From: Paraspadella gotoi
Taxonomy: Eukaryota > Animalia > Chaetognatha
Assembly (NCBI GenBank): GCA_051294375.1
Contig: CM119265.1
Span: 10,805,042-10,869,041, forward strand
Length of the DNA: 64,000 nt
Direction: 5' to 3'
Part shown: positions 50,897-64,000 of the stretch, one piece after another
Numbering within the stretch: position 1 is the first letter of the stretch
Layout of the letters: every line of letters begins with the position of its first letter
Program-made: the position numbers and the translations under genes
Notes under the pieces: generated by a model
Database searches by the model: none
What the model was told of the DNA's origin: nothing
What the model saw: the letters and a program-made list of their open reading frames with translations, nothing else

Positions 50897-51195
50897 ATTA
50901 GTAGAACTAGACGTTTTTTAATTGGTTGCAACAACGATTTTTATTGTAACAAGACGTACATGTTTCGGCTTTAGAGATGTACAAGCCTTCATCAGGGTCA
51001 AAATTATTTGTGAATTTTTGAAAAACATTTGTGCAAAAGAAAAGGAGAGAGAGAGGGAGAGAGATAGATAGAAATAGAAATAGAGAGAGGGCAAAGTTTC
51101 CAACACAGAGTTGAGAAAAGAACAGTGGTCAGAAGTGAGGACAGGTTAAGGTGAAGACAGATTGAGCTAGATTGTGAAAAGAAATTAAGTAGTGA

Positions 51196-51246
<51 letters not shown>

Positions 51247-51660
51247 TATTAGAAAACAATACATTGTGCAATGTACAACAAAGATAAATTAATATTTTTA
51301 ACAATTAACTACTAAATAAATAAGTGAATGTGAAAAATCGATTAGGGGCACAATGTAGCCCAAAGCCCGTTTCTTTAATACAATTCAACAAAAAATTCTC
51401 TCTCTCTCTCAATTTTTCACCACTTAATTTCTTTTTACAATCTTGCTCAATCTGTGTTGGAAACTTTGCCCTCTATCTATTTCTATCTCTCTCTCTCTCT
51501 CTCTCTTTCCTTTTCTTTTGCACAAATTTTTTTTATAAATTCACAAATAATTTTGACTCTGATGAAGGCTTGTACAATGTACATCTCTAAAGCCAAAACA
51601 TGTATGTCTTGTTACAATAAAAATCCTTGTTGCAACCAATTTCAAACGTCTTCTACTAAT
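50897..51660. mobile_element. Non-coding Penelope pLTR inverted pair with hammerheads (50951-51000 minus, intact core; 51555-51610 plus, GAAA->AAAA)
   Basis: Inverted arms with (CT)n and 'tgttggaaacttt' pLTR context; CTGATGA-aggctt..aagcc-GAAAC-ATGTA. Inserted inside a HINE-like repeat. Confidence 0.8.
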
Positions 51661-54600
51661 TCAAAACAACGAAACGAAAGGAAATTCATGATGCCTGATA
51701 AATTATGCAAAAAAAAACGATGTCCGTCTGTCCGTCCGTCCTACCTAAGCAAAAAACACCAATTACTCGTATTGGATGGATGGATTAGAATGAAATTTTG
51801 TGTGTGGGTAAGAAAGTGTGTGATTGAGTTGGATATGAAGTTTCGATGGAATCGTGCAAGTGGAAATGAGTTTAAATGGAAAAAACGCAAATATCCATTT
51901 CACTATTTGAATATCAATTACTCATGAGTGGACTGGGCGATTGACTTTAAATTTTGTATGTGGGTAGGAAGGTGTGTGATTAAGCTGGAAATCAAGTTTC
52001 GATGGAATCGTTTGAGTGGTAATGAGTTTAAATGGAAAAAAACAAAAAACCTGTTACACTAATTGATTATGCTTCTTTTTATTTTTATATTAAATGTAAA
52101 TGCAAGATCTATTAATTAATCAAATAATTATTTAGTAGTTAATTATAATAGTAATAATAGTAGTAATAATAATAGTTAATTAATCAATTAGCCAATTAAT
52201 TAAAAAATAATTAATTAATCAATTATTCAATCATTCAATTTATTTAGTTTTAATTAATTATTATTTTAGTTTATATAGTTTGTATTAATTGATTAATTAA
52301 TTACCGCTAATGATCGTGGGCAGATCAGACATTCTTTGCTCAAAATTGTTTGGGAAATCATAGCTTAGCCTTATGATTGACGTTTGCTTTTAAATGAATT
52401 TTTAGGAAGACCCGAGCCAAGTTTTTTCTTTGAACTTTCATTCCAAACAAAATTTGAGAATACACTTTTCAAAACAGATAATAGTAAACTTTTTTGTTTC
52501 ACTAAAATATTTTGGGTAACTTTACTATTCGATGTCCATAACCAACCTTTTTACCACCAGTCGGTGCTTTGTTATCAAGCCAGATGGCGAAGCCCGTCCT
52601 GGCTCGATAATAATTCAGAATGGCTTCTTTGTGACGTCGTCGTCATGGTTAGCGTTACCCTTTTTATCGTCGCAATCGCTAAGCGTTTGCGACGATATTG
52701 TAACGCTTTTGCGCATAAGTGGCGTTGGCGTCGTCGTCGTCGGCGTTCCAAATTATAGATCGCATTTTTTATGATTAAATTTGGGTGTATGAAGCTGAAA
52801 ATTTATATACAGCTTCTCATCATCGATGTGCTTAAAATTAAGTCTGGACAGTTATTAAATGTTTTGTTTACGTTTTATCAAAACAAACAAATTTTCTCTC
52901 TTTTATTTTCATATTTCTTTTTCTCTTTCTTTTCTATTTTAATTACATGTCTCTCTCCCTCTCTTTTCCCTAGTCACTGATTCATAATCATAGGGGAAAA
53001 AACGAATCTGCAGCTGGCTCTGCAGGGGCTTATTCTTTTTCTCTTTTTTCTCTTGCTGCGTCTGCTGCTGCCTTTTGATTTCTTCTTTTTTTTCTGGGTG
53101 CTTCTGCTGCTGAAAATGATTTGGCTTCTTTCTCTCTCTGATTAATTTTTTCCCTTTAAAAACTTTTATTATCGCCATTTATTCCCTAATTTACATCCGG
53201 GATTTTTTTGTTTTTTTAATTTTCTTTATTTTTTTCAAATTTGATTTTTTTAGTATCAAAATTTGTCATCAATCCAGATTTTTTTAATGCAATTGCGACG
53301 AACCTTATGCTTTTAAAATTTTTTTTTATATAGTTTTGGCTGGGGTTTATAATTTTTTTTTAAATAAAAATAATTATGAATTACAATAAATTTTTATAAA
53401 AGTGTGCGATCATAGTAAGTTAAAAATTTAGATATGGCTATTCATCTTGAAATAGCTTTAAAATTTTTATATTATATTTGGATTCAAGTATTTTTTGTTT
53501 CAATTTCCACTTCATTATGATTTACTGCAATATGCAAATTAGATTATAGTACTCATTATAATTAATCCAAATTAATATGAGGAGCTGATGTCTTTTTTAG
53601 AGATCGAGGAAGATTTTCGTTCAAATATGACTACCAAACAATATAAACGCTCCTGAGAAAAATTCTGTTAAAAAATAGATGTAAAAACACTCGATTCCGA
53701 TCCTGTTGCATCTGAAGGGCTCATATTTTTTTCTTTTGTTATTTAATAAACATCATTTTAATATAAAAAAAAATATTTTTTACATCAATACTCAGATTCA
53801 AATGGACTGATCCGCTCGGGAAAATATTTTCGAATTCAGGAATCCGATAGCCATATGTCTGAAAGGCTCTAAAAAATTTTATTGACATTTTATTTGGTTA
53901 TTTTAATATGAATACGATCATGGTAAAGTGAATTAGTCCATTTTGGTAAATTTTTAATGATTGGAATTTTAAGAGTTTTCAAACCGGGAGTCAGATTCGG
54001 GAAAAATTTTTGTAGCCCAAGTGGCAACAAAATAAACAATGTCGAAGAACATGACCTAATAAATGTTTCGATAGCAACGGAAACGTTACCTGTATAAAAA
54101 AAAAACAAACTTGACCTAGATCACGCCGCCGTTGCGGGAAAACTTTTGTTATAAATAAAGTTCGATCGTTTTGACCTATATTTTCACCACCGTTATTTAG
54201 ACGACAAATAAACGAGTTTTAAATTATATAGGAAGCCGCTATAGAAAAAGAAGCCAGTGACTTTTTTTCTTATATTTTTATATCGATAGATGTGGAATGA
54301 CGGGAATATTGTAAATCTTAAGTTTCGCTTTAATCGGACCTCACATTGTGGAGAAATCTTAGGAAACCCATCAAATTCCACCCCTTTTTTTCAACATTCT
54401 CGGGTTTTTAAGATTTTCGCCGATTCTGACTTCCTCTTAACAAACTTATAAATTCCGTAAGTTAATTTTTTTTTCTTAAACGAGCGAAGGGATCCACAAC
54501 TTTCTGTTAATTTTATGATTTCTGGGTAAAAATTATAATAAATTACATTAACATTGGGATATTATGAACGTGTAATATCTTATAAAGCCTGTGAGAGTTA

Positions 54601-55929
54601 AATAATTAAAAAATTCGCTTATTTTATTATTAAAAAATAACATCAAAGTGAAGAAGTTGAATGGCTTTGGGCTCCTTTCAGTAAACATCCCTGTTCTCTT
54701 CAATAAGATAATGTTTACTTTTTGCTGGTGGAAAAGAAGGATAAATACTTAGGCTGTGATGGGGTGAATAATATTTTGTAGAATTTTGTAAGCATGCTTG
54801 TAAAATCAGACAAGCAAATATTAAATGACAAAAAATTCACATTTTCTTTATCCAAAAAACTTTAAAGTTTTACTAGAGTACAATTTAGCTTTTTTTCTTT
54901 CAGAATCATTAAAGAGAATTAAATTTTCATTTATTCTTATGGGGTGTCATTAGTTTTAAAATTCATTATAATTTTTTACTTAGTTTGACACTCACCCTGT
55001 ATGGAGGTTCAGCATAAGTAATTCTAAAATTGTATCTTGTATGTGCCCTATGCTTATGGCTTCATTTGGTACTATTGCCATCTCTTTATCTTTATTCCTT
55101 CAAAAGATATTAGGAAAAATCAGTTTTTTTCTCAACCTTCCTTTTAATTCTTTTTAAATAAAATTTCGCGATTCAACCGGACTATTTCATTTAAACCTGA
55201 TCATTTTATGTCAAAATCATTATAAAATGAAAGAAAAATAGGACAAGCTCTTCAGACACAAAGCAATCAGAATCGCGAAATTCGAAGTCACTCATGTAAC
55301 AGGAACATATAGCAATCCCGGTTTGCAATTTTAAGTTTGTAAACTTTCCCTTTCATTTCTATAGTAAAAAATTAGGTTTGAAAATTCTCCGGAGATGAGT
55401 AGTGCATTTTCCTGGCTTGTTTGATATTAAATCCTTTATCAAATGCCAATAAAACGAATAGGACAAGCTCTTCAGATGTAACGCTCTCGGATCGTGCGTT
55501 TTTAACCGAATTTCTGGCAAACGCGTTTGCAATTTGGGTAGTCAGATTTGAACGGAATTCTCTATTAGAAAAATGTTGAATTTTTTTTAAGCGAGATTCT
55601 CGTCTAAATTATATGTCGCTCTCTCTCTCTTTTCTTCTGAATAGCCGGCCTCTCAATAGGGTAAATCAAAAATTTAGAATAAAAACTTGCTCAAACAAAA
55701 ATTTATATATTTTTAAGTATATTTTTAAGTATACTTTCAATGTACAAAACATTTCTTATATGGGTCTATACCCTATTTTTTAATATTTATTTATAGAAAG
55801 GAAAGGAGTTTGACCCTATTCAGATTCGTCTAAAAACGAGTTCAGCTCTGAAGCAGGTGTCCAGCGGCTGTCCAGCTTTTCTCTCTCTCTGTTTTTCTCT
55901 GTACGATCTTTTGCGTGATCGTGCATTTT

Positions 55930-56218
55930 TTATCATCAATGAATGATTATTATCCGATCAATGAAGGATTATCATCGCATCAATGAATGATTATCATCGT
56001 CTTCAATGAATGATTATCATCATATCCATCATTTGGTTATCATCGCATCAATATTTGGTTATTATCGCATCAATTATTTGGTTATCATAGCACATTATCA
56101 TGGCATCAATGATTTGGTTATCATTTATTAATATTTGATTTTCATCGCATCAATAATCTATTTCTATTAAATCAATAAATTATTATTATATCAATAATTC
56201 GTTATCGCATCAATCATT
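55930..56218. repeat. Degenerate ~19-22-bp minisatellite (ATCAATGAATGATTATCATCGC-like); duplicate 61318-61605
   Basis: Directly visible tandem periodicity. Confidence 0.8.
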
Positions 56219-56449
56219 CGTTTTTTTTCCTAGATTTTTTTATTAATTTTTTTTGATAGCTGGCTGGCGAGATCTTATACTTTAAGATTTTTAATCCATT
56301 TAATTTTGTTTTCCTTCTAACGTCGAGTCTCACTTTGCGCAATAATATACATTTTTTTTGTTCAGTAATACAAATTTTATAATTTTATAATATAATAATT
56401 GTTTAATTTTTTTTTAATTGCTATTTTTATGTTTGAGGTAGAAAATGAA

Positions 56450-56599
56450 TTGTTTGTTTACGTACGAGTTTTAGAAAGAAACAAATTTCGGACATGTTTC
56501 AGCTTCAATTCGTTTTTGGGCTGATGGAGGTTTATATTGAAGCCGAAACATATGTATCTGAAATTTGTTTCTTTATATAACTCGTACGTAAACAAACAA
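56450..56599. mobile_element. 150-bp fold-back with degenerate hammerhead (Penelope-derived); duplicate 61837-61987
   Basis: Inverted arms TTGTTTGTTTACGTACGAG..CTCGTACGTAAACAAACAA; centre CTGATGG-aggttt..aagcc-GAAAC-ATATGTA. Confidence 0.65.
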
Positions 56600-58019
56600 A
56601 GAAAAAACAAACTTTTTGTGTTATGTTTTTTAAACATGTTCCCTGCTCCCTCTAAATATTTTGTTTCATAACAAGTTAGGAGTTTGTCGATTACAACTAA
56701 AATTCCGTGTTAAAATATAAACGCTTGGCCTTGGGTTTGCGACGCAGACAAATTACTGAGGGAGCGGAATGTTTTCAATGAGTCCAAAAATGAACGTCAG
56801 CGTTAAAATTTAAATCTTGGCAGCCGACGATCGTTGAATTTTTGCTTACAACTTAAACCAACCATCCTTGCGTTGAATCCCCAAATAACTCGATACAATA
56901 TACATCTCTTATTAACAATGACCGAAGGCGAGGAAATTAGCCTGAAAGTTTTTAAATCGGATGAAACTGGCTTGATGGTTTTATCAACTTCATTACAAAC
57001 GAATAAGAGTCAACCCGACTCTTGAAAACTGGCTTTTTCGTAACACATACTGCACGAAACTATTGTATGGCGTTTACTGACGTACATCTTCATATTAGGG
57101 GTAATTTGCTTATCCACCCCTCGCCCAAAAAATATAAGATCGCCATCGTGTTGGTTTTTCTCTTCTTTTATGTCGACCATAGATGAGGGGAATTACGGAG
57201 CCACGACGCGATTCACTCGAGTGCGTCTGGTCAAAATAAGAGACGTTCGTCAATCGCCGGGAGCGAGCGATGATCTTTGTAAGTTGCAAATGCCTTTTTA
57301 GCGCTCGGGCCTTAACTGAAGTTTTCGCACGTGTTTTTTTCTGTCTCTCTCTCTCAAAAATAAATGAGAAAATTGAAAAGTACAGCAGAAAAATATATTA
57401 AATCGTAAAATATAATTCATTAAAAAAATAAATTTAATCATGCATTCAAGTATAATGAACAGTCTTACTGACACAAAAAAAAGAACAATTTATATAACAT
57501 CGTAATTCTGGTTCTTCTCAGAGAGCCGGCTCTGGAAAAAAAGAATATAAAAACAAAGTAGTATTTTATCTGTTTCGGTAACGGGTGCTAAAAAACTAAA
57601 TTAAAGAGCTCGCCCGCATCTTCGGATGCATCAGGAAAATAAAATATCCAAGACGTTTAAATGTATAATGTTAAATTATCCTTCGAGTAAAAACAAGCCT
57701 CCGACGATTTTAGCAACGAAAATAAAAAACATGCTCATTAGAAACAACTCAAAAGACAACAGTATTCAATTTAAAAGACAACTCAATCCAAGGCATGTAA
57801 TCGTAAAAACACCAGGGCAAGATAAACAAATGGCAACCAAAAATTTCAAAGTCGGGGGAGGGAGGGAAAACGAAATAAAAGCCAGAAAAATGGATACGAG
57901 TAATAATTTATAGACTTTGGTATGTTCATTTTTCGTTTTAATAGATGCTGAGTGCAGTAGTCTTGAAGTTGTTGTGGCTTGTGGCTCTTTATAAGTTTCT
58001 ATTCTTGACGGATCCAACG

Positions 58020-58835
58020 TGCTTGCTGCTGCTGCTGCTCTGCTGCTTCATCTCTCACCTCACCCCCTCCTCCTCCTCACCCCTCCTGCGGACTCGGGCG
58101 CAGATTCTGTCTGCTCGTGATTTGTCGCCGAAGCGCGTTTCCCATCGAAGCGGGAAAAAGAGGACGGCGCCGGCGATGTGGGCGGGGTGTTGGGGTGTGG
58201 TGGTGCTGAGTGGTTTAGGAGCTGAGGAGAACGAGCGCGGCGGCTGAGCGGTCGGAGGACGACAACGGGGAATGGGCGCGTGCCGCGGCTGGCGGAACGT
58301 GAAGCGACGGACGACACGGAGAGACACGAGGTCTGTTGTGGTGGAAGAAGAAGACCCGCCACCCAACGGAAATAAACGTCAGCATCGGGGAAGATGAGGC
58401 TGCGTCCGATGAGGGGGTGTCCTTGGAGATGACGAGCGGGTCGCCGCTGGAATTGAGTGGAGAATGGGAAGGGAGACAATAGGTCGCGGTTTGGAAAGAA
58501 GACAACGATGACTAAACAAAAGACGTTCGGATCTTCCAAAAAGTCACCTGCTGACGAAAGTTATTCCCAAAGGCGGTCCGGTCGCCCCCTTCTCCCGCTT
58601 CAACCCGCGAAGTCGAGCTTTTCGACTCCGAGATAAACGTTGACGTCTTCGATTCGCCACCGGCCTGAGGAGTCCAAACAATGTTGCCATTGAAAAGGAG
58701 TGATTCATTGTTTAATTTCGTCAATCTTAACTCTCTCTCTCCCGCTCACCCATTTCCTTTTTGTTCTTTCCAGCGTAAAAGAGGATCTGCGCCTGAAGAA
58801 ACTCGACGGTCATTTTCTTCCACGCAGCCTTCTCG
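58020..58835 (-). CDS. Possible exons of an unidentified gene (Ser/Pro-rich); duplicate 63420-64000
   Basis: GC-rich island. The minus frame 58512-58724 continues into 58215-58505 if a 36-nt GT..AG intron (58512-58547) is removed. No recognisable domain. Confidence 0.3.
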
Positions 58836-61800
58836 NNNNNNNNNNNNNNNNNNNNNNNNNAAAAAAAAAAGAGAGAGAATGCGAGAATAAAATAACAATG
58901 ACGTTTTATACTGAACTACTTTGGTTTACCCAAGAGTCAAGGAATGTAAAGTGAGAATGGAAATTTTAGGCGAGAGAAATATTTTTACATGTTGTTGTAA
59001 TACTGAATTCTTTCGGCCCCAATCGTTCACTTACGCCATACTCAAATTTGAAACTAAAAAACAAAAAAATTTTTACATCAACTATCAGATTCAAATGGAC
59101 TGATCGCTCGGGAAAATATTTTCGACAATATCTTTTATAATAAGAGATTTCTCAACTTTAATACACATCGTAAACGCATTTAACGGTATGTTGGTGATTT
59201 TACAATACAACTTCAACATTCCCAGGAAATCCGATAGCCATACTGTCTGAAAGGCTCTAAAAAAACTTTTATTGACATTTTATTTGGTTATTTTTAATAT
59301 TATGACGATTGTCATGGTAAAGTGAATTAGTCCATTTTGGTAAAATTTTTAATGATTGGAATTTTAAGAGTTTTCAACCGGGAGTCAGATTCGGGAAAAA
59401 TTTTTGTAGCCCAAGTGGCAACAAATAAACAATGTCGAAGAACATGACCTAATAATGTTTCGATAGCAACGGAAACGTTACCTGTATAAAAAAAAAACAA
59501 ACTTGACCTAGATCACGCCGCCGTTGCGGGAAAACTTTTGTTATAAATAAAGTTCGATCGTTTTGACCTATATTTCACCACCGTTATTAGACGACAAATA
59601 AACGAGTTTTAATTATATAGGAAGCCGCTATAGAAAAAGAAGCCAGTGACTTTTTTCTTATATTTTTATATCGATAGATGTGGAATGACGGGAATATTGT
59701 AAATCTTAAGTTTCGCTTTAATCGGACCTCACATTGTGGAGAAATCTTAGGAAACCCATCAAAATTCCACCCCTTTTTTTCAACATTCTCGGTTTTTAAG
59801 ATTTTCGCCGATTCTGACTTCCTCTTACAAACTTATAATTCCGTAAGTTAATTTTTTTTTCTTAAACGAGCGAAGGGAATCCACAACTTTCTGTTATTTT
59901 ATGATTTCTGGGTAAAAATTATAATAAATTACATTAACATTGGGATATTATGAACGTGTAATATCTTATAAAGCCTGTGAGAGTTAAATAATTAAAAAAT
60001 CGCTTATTATTATTAATAAAAAATAACATCAAAGTGAAGAAGTTGAATGGCTTTGGGCTCCTTTCAGTAAACATCCCTGTTCTCTCAATAAGATAATGTT
60101 TACTTTTTGCTGGTGGAAAAGAAGGATAAATACTTAGGCTGTGATGGGGTGAATAATATTTTGTAGAATTTTGTAGCATGCTTGTAAAATCAGACAAGCA
60201 AATATTTAAATGACAAAAAATTCACATTTTCTTTATCCAAAAAACTTTAAAGTTTTACTAGAGTACAATTTAGCTTTTTTTCTTTCAGAATCATTAAAGA
60301 GAATTAAATTTTTCATTTATTCTTATGGGGTGTCATTAGTTTTAAAATTCATTATAATTTTTACTTAGTTTGACACTCACCCTGTATGGAGGTTTCAGCA
60401 TAAGTAATTCTAAAATTGTATCTTGTATGTGCCCTATGCTTATGGCTTCATTTGGTACTATTGCCATCTCTTTATCTTTATTCCTTCAAAAGATATTAGG
60501 AAAAATCAGTTTTTTTCTCAACCTTCCTTTTAATTTCTTTTTAAATAAAAATTTCGCGATTCAAACCGGACTATTTCATTTAAACCTGATCATTTTATGT
60601 CAAAATCATTATAAAATGAAAGAAAAAATAGGACAAGCTCTTCAGACACAAAGCAATCAGAATCGCGAAATTCGAAGTCACTCATGTAACAGGAACATAT
60701 AGCAATCCGGTTTGCAATTTTAAGTTTGTAAACTTTCCCTTTCATTTCTATAGTAAAAAATTAGGTTTGAAAATTCTCCGGAGATGAGTAGTGGCATTTT
60801 CCTGGCTTGTTTGATATTAAATCCTTTATCAAATGCCATAAAACGAATAGGACAAGCTCTTCAGATGTAACGCTCTCGGATCGTGCGTTTTTAACGAATT
60901 TCTGGCAAACGCGTTTGCAATTTGGGTAGTCAGATTTGAACGGAATTCTCTATTAGAAAAATGTTGAATTTTTTTTAAGCGAGATTCTCGTCTAAATTAT
61001 ATGTCGCTCTCTCTCTCTTTTCTTCTGAATAGCCGGCCTCTCAATAGGGTAAATCAAAAATTTAGAATAAAAACTTGCTCAAACAAAAATTTATATATTT
61101 TAAGTATATTTTTAAGTATACTTTCAATGTACAAAACATTTCTTATATGGGTCTATACCCTATTTTTTAATATTTATTTATAGAAAGGAAAGGAGTTTGA
61201 CCCTATTCAGATTCGTCTAAAAACGAGTTCAGCTCTGAAGCAGGTGTCCAGCGGCTGTCCAGCTTTTCTCTCTCTCTGTTTTTCTCTGTACGATCTTTTG
61301 CGTGATCGTGCATTTTTTATCATCAATGAATGATTATTATCCGATCAATGAAGGATTATCATCGCATCAATGAATGATTATCATCGTCTTCAATGAATGA
61401 TTATCATCATATCCATCATTTGGTTATCATCGCATCAATATTTGGTTATTATGCATCAATTATTTGGTTATCATAGCAATCATTGATCATGGCATCAATA
61501 TTTGGTTATCATTTATAATATTGATTCATCGCATCAATAATCTATTTCTATTAAATCAATAAATTATTATTATATCAATAATTTCGTTATCGCATCAATC
61601 ATTCGTTTTTTTTCCTAGATTTTTTTATTAATTTTTTTTGATAGCTGGCTGGCGAGATCTTATACTTTAAGATTTTTAATCCATTTAATTTTGTTTTCCT
61701 TCTAACGTCGAGTCTCACTTTGCGCAATAATATACATTTTTTTTGTTCAGTAATACAAATTTTATAATTTTATAATAAATAATAATTGTTTAATTTTTTT

Positions 61801-64000
61801 TTAATTGCTATTTTTATGTTTGAGGTAGAAAATGAATTGTTTGTTTACGTACGAGTTTTAGAAAGAAACAAATTTCGGACATGTTTCAGCTTCAATTCGT
61901 TTTTGGGCTGATGGAGGTTTATATTGAAGCCGAAACATATGTATCTGAAATTTGTTTCTTTATATAACTCGTACGTAAACAAACAAAGAAAAAAACACAC
62001 TTTTTGTGTTATGTTTTTTAAACCATGTTCCCTGCTCCCTCTAAATATTTTGTTTCATAACAAGTTAGGAGTGTTGTCGATTACAACTAAAATTCCGTGT
62101 TAAAATATAAACGCTTGGCCTTGGGTTTGCGACGCAGACAAATTACTGAGGGAGCGGAATGTTTTCAATGAGTCCAAAAATGAACGTCAGCGTTAAAATT
62201 TAAATCTTGGCAGCCGACGATCGTTGAATTTTTGCTTACAACTTAAACCAACCATCCTTGCGTTGAATCCCCAAATAACTCGATACAATATGCATCTCTT
62301 ATTAACAATGACCGAAGGCGAGGAAATTAGCCTGAAAGTTTTTAAATCGGATGAAACTGGCTTGATGGGTTTTATCAAACTTCATTACAAACGAATAAGA
62401 GTCAACCCCGACTCTTGAAAACTGGCTTTTTCGTAACACATACTGCACGAAACTGATTGTATGGCGTTTACTGACGTACATCTTCATATTAGGGGTAATT
62501 TGCTTATCCACCCCTCGCCCAAAAAATATAAGATCGCCATCGTGTTTGGGTTTTTTCTCTTTCTTTTATGTCGACCATAGATGAGGGGAATTACGGAGCC
62601 ACGACGCGATTCACTCGAGTGCGTCTGGTCAAAATAAGAGACGTTTACGTCAATCGCCTGGGCGAGCGGGATTCTTTTTGAAGTTGCAAATGCCTTTTTA
62701 CGGCCTCGGGCCTTAACTGAAGTCTTCTCGACTAGTGTTTTTCTGTCTGTCTCTCTCTCTCAAAAATAAATGAGAAAATTGAAAAGTACAGCAGAAAAAT
62801 ATATTAAATCGTAAAATATAATTCATTAAAAAATAAATTTAATCATGCATTCAAGTATAATGAACAGTCTTACTGACACAAAAAAAAGAACAATTTATAT
62901 AACATCGTAATTCTGGTTCTTCTCAGAGAGCCGGCTCTGGAAAAAAAGAATATAAAAACAAAGTAGTATTTTATCTGTTTCGGTAACGGGTGCTAAAAAA
63001 CTAAAATTAAAGAGCTCGCCCGCATCTTCGGATGCATCAGGAAAATAAAATATCCAAGACGTTTAAATGTATAATGTTAAATTATCCTATCGAGTAAAAA
63101 CAAGCCTCCGACGATTTTAGCAACGAAAATAAAAAACATGCTCATTAGAAACAACTCAAAAGACAACAGTATTCAATTTAAAAGACAACTCAATCCAAGG
63201 CATGTAATCGTAAAAACACCAGGGCAAGATAAACAAATGGCACCAAAATTTCAAAGTCGGGGGAGGGAGGGAAAACGAAATAAAAGCCAGAAAAATGGAT
63301 ACGAGTAATAATTTATAGACTTTGGTATGTTCATTTTTCGTTTTAATAGATGCTGATTTCGTCAGTAGTCTTGAAGTTGTTGTGGCTTGTGGCTGCTTTA
63401 TAAGTTTCTATTCTTGACGGGATCCAACGTGCTTGCTGCTGCTGCTGCTCCTGCTTCACCTCACCCCCTCCTCCTCCTCACCCCTCCTCGGACTCGGAGC
63501 GCAGATTCTGTCTGCTCGTGATTTGTCGCCGAAGCGCGTTTCCCATCGAAGCGGGAAAAAGAGGGACGGCGCCGGCGATGTGGGCGGGGTGTTGGGGGTG
63601 GTGGTGCTGAGTGGTTTGGAGGGCAGCGGCGGCTGATCGGAGGACGACAACGGGCGGATGGGCGTTGCGCGGCGTCGGCGGCGGAAGCGAATCCGGAGGA
63701 CAGAGGCGACCGTTGTGTTTGGTAAGAAGAAGACCCGCCACCCAACGGAAATAAACGTCAGCATCGGGGAAGATGAGGCTGCGTCCGATGAAGGGGGTGT
63801 CCTTGGAGATGACGAGCGGGTCGCCGCTGGAATTGAGTGGAGAATGGGAAGGGAGACAATAGGTCGCGGTTTGGAAAGAAGACAACGATGACTAAACAAA
63901 AGACGTTCGGATCTTCCAAAAAGTCACCTGCTGACGAAAGTTATTCCCAAAGGCGGTCCGGTCGCCCCCTTCTCCCGCTTCAACCCGCGAAGTCGAGGCT

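Larger units (their letters stand above)
53768..64000. repeat. ~5-kb near-identical duplication either side of an N gap (53768-58835 vs ~59060-64000); probably haplotype/assembly duplication
   Basis: Collinear with mostly small indels; separated by the gap at 58836-58860. Confidence 0.88.

Noticed and set aside
56834-57025. pogo/Tigger DDE transposase ('VFKSDETGL')
   Set aside because: A single short motif with no supporting downstream DDE motifs.
53768-64000. Tandem gene duplication
   Set aside because: The copies flank an N gap and differ mainly by small indels; likely artefact.

Overview
AT-rich, intron-containing eukaryotic (probably invertebrate animal) genomic DNA with N gaps and several gap-adjacent near-duplicate blocks that look like assembly artefacts. 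There are two clear spliced genes on the minus strand: a PH-PH-ArfGAP-PH (ARAP-like) gene and an NRF-6/acyltransferase-3 family gene. The window also holds two 5'-truncated Penelope-like retroelements (RT + GIY-YIG) with inverted pseudo-LTRs and minimal hammerhead ribozymes, further hammerhead fold-back remnants, a degenerate tRNA-His, Helentron/MITE-type repeats and a small LTR element with uncharacterised ORFs. The main observation is two families of tiny non-coding LTR elements with little sequence similarity outside the ribozyme core. Family A is LTR-~120 bp internal-LTR with PBS- and PPT-like motifs, TG..CA ends and 4-bp TSDs. Family B is three 234-bp solo LTRs, each with its own 4-bp TSD. 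The LTRs of both carry a tRNA-derived Pol III A/B-box module followed directly by a sequence that folds by hand into a circularly permuted (type P5) twister ribozyme. This suggests a Pol III-driven, twister-processed 'LTR retrozyme' system. All RNA structures were folded by eye and need Infernal and in vitro confirmation.
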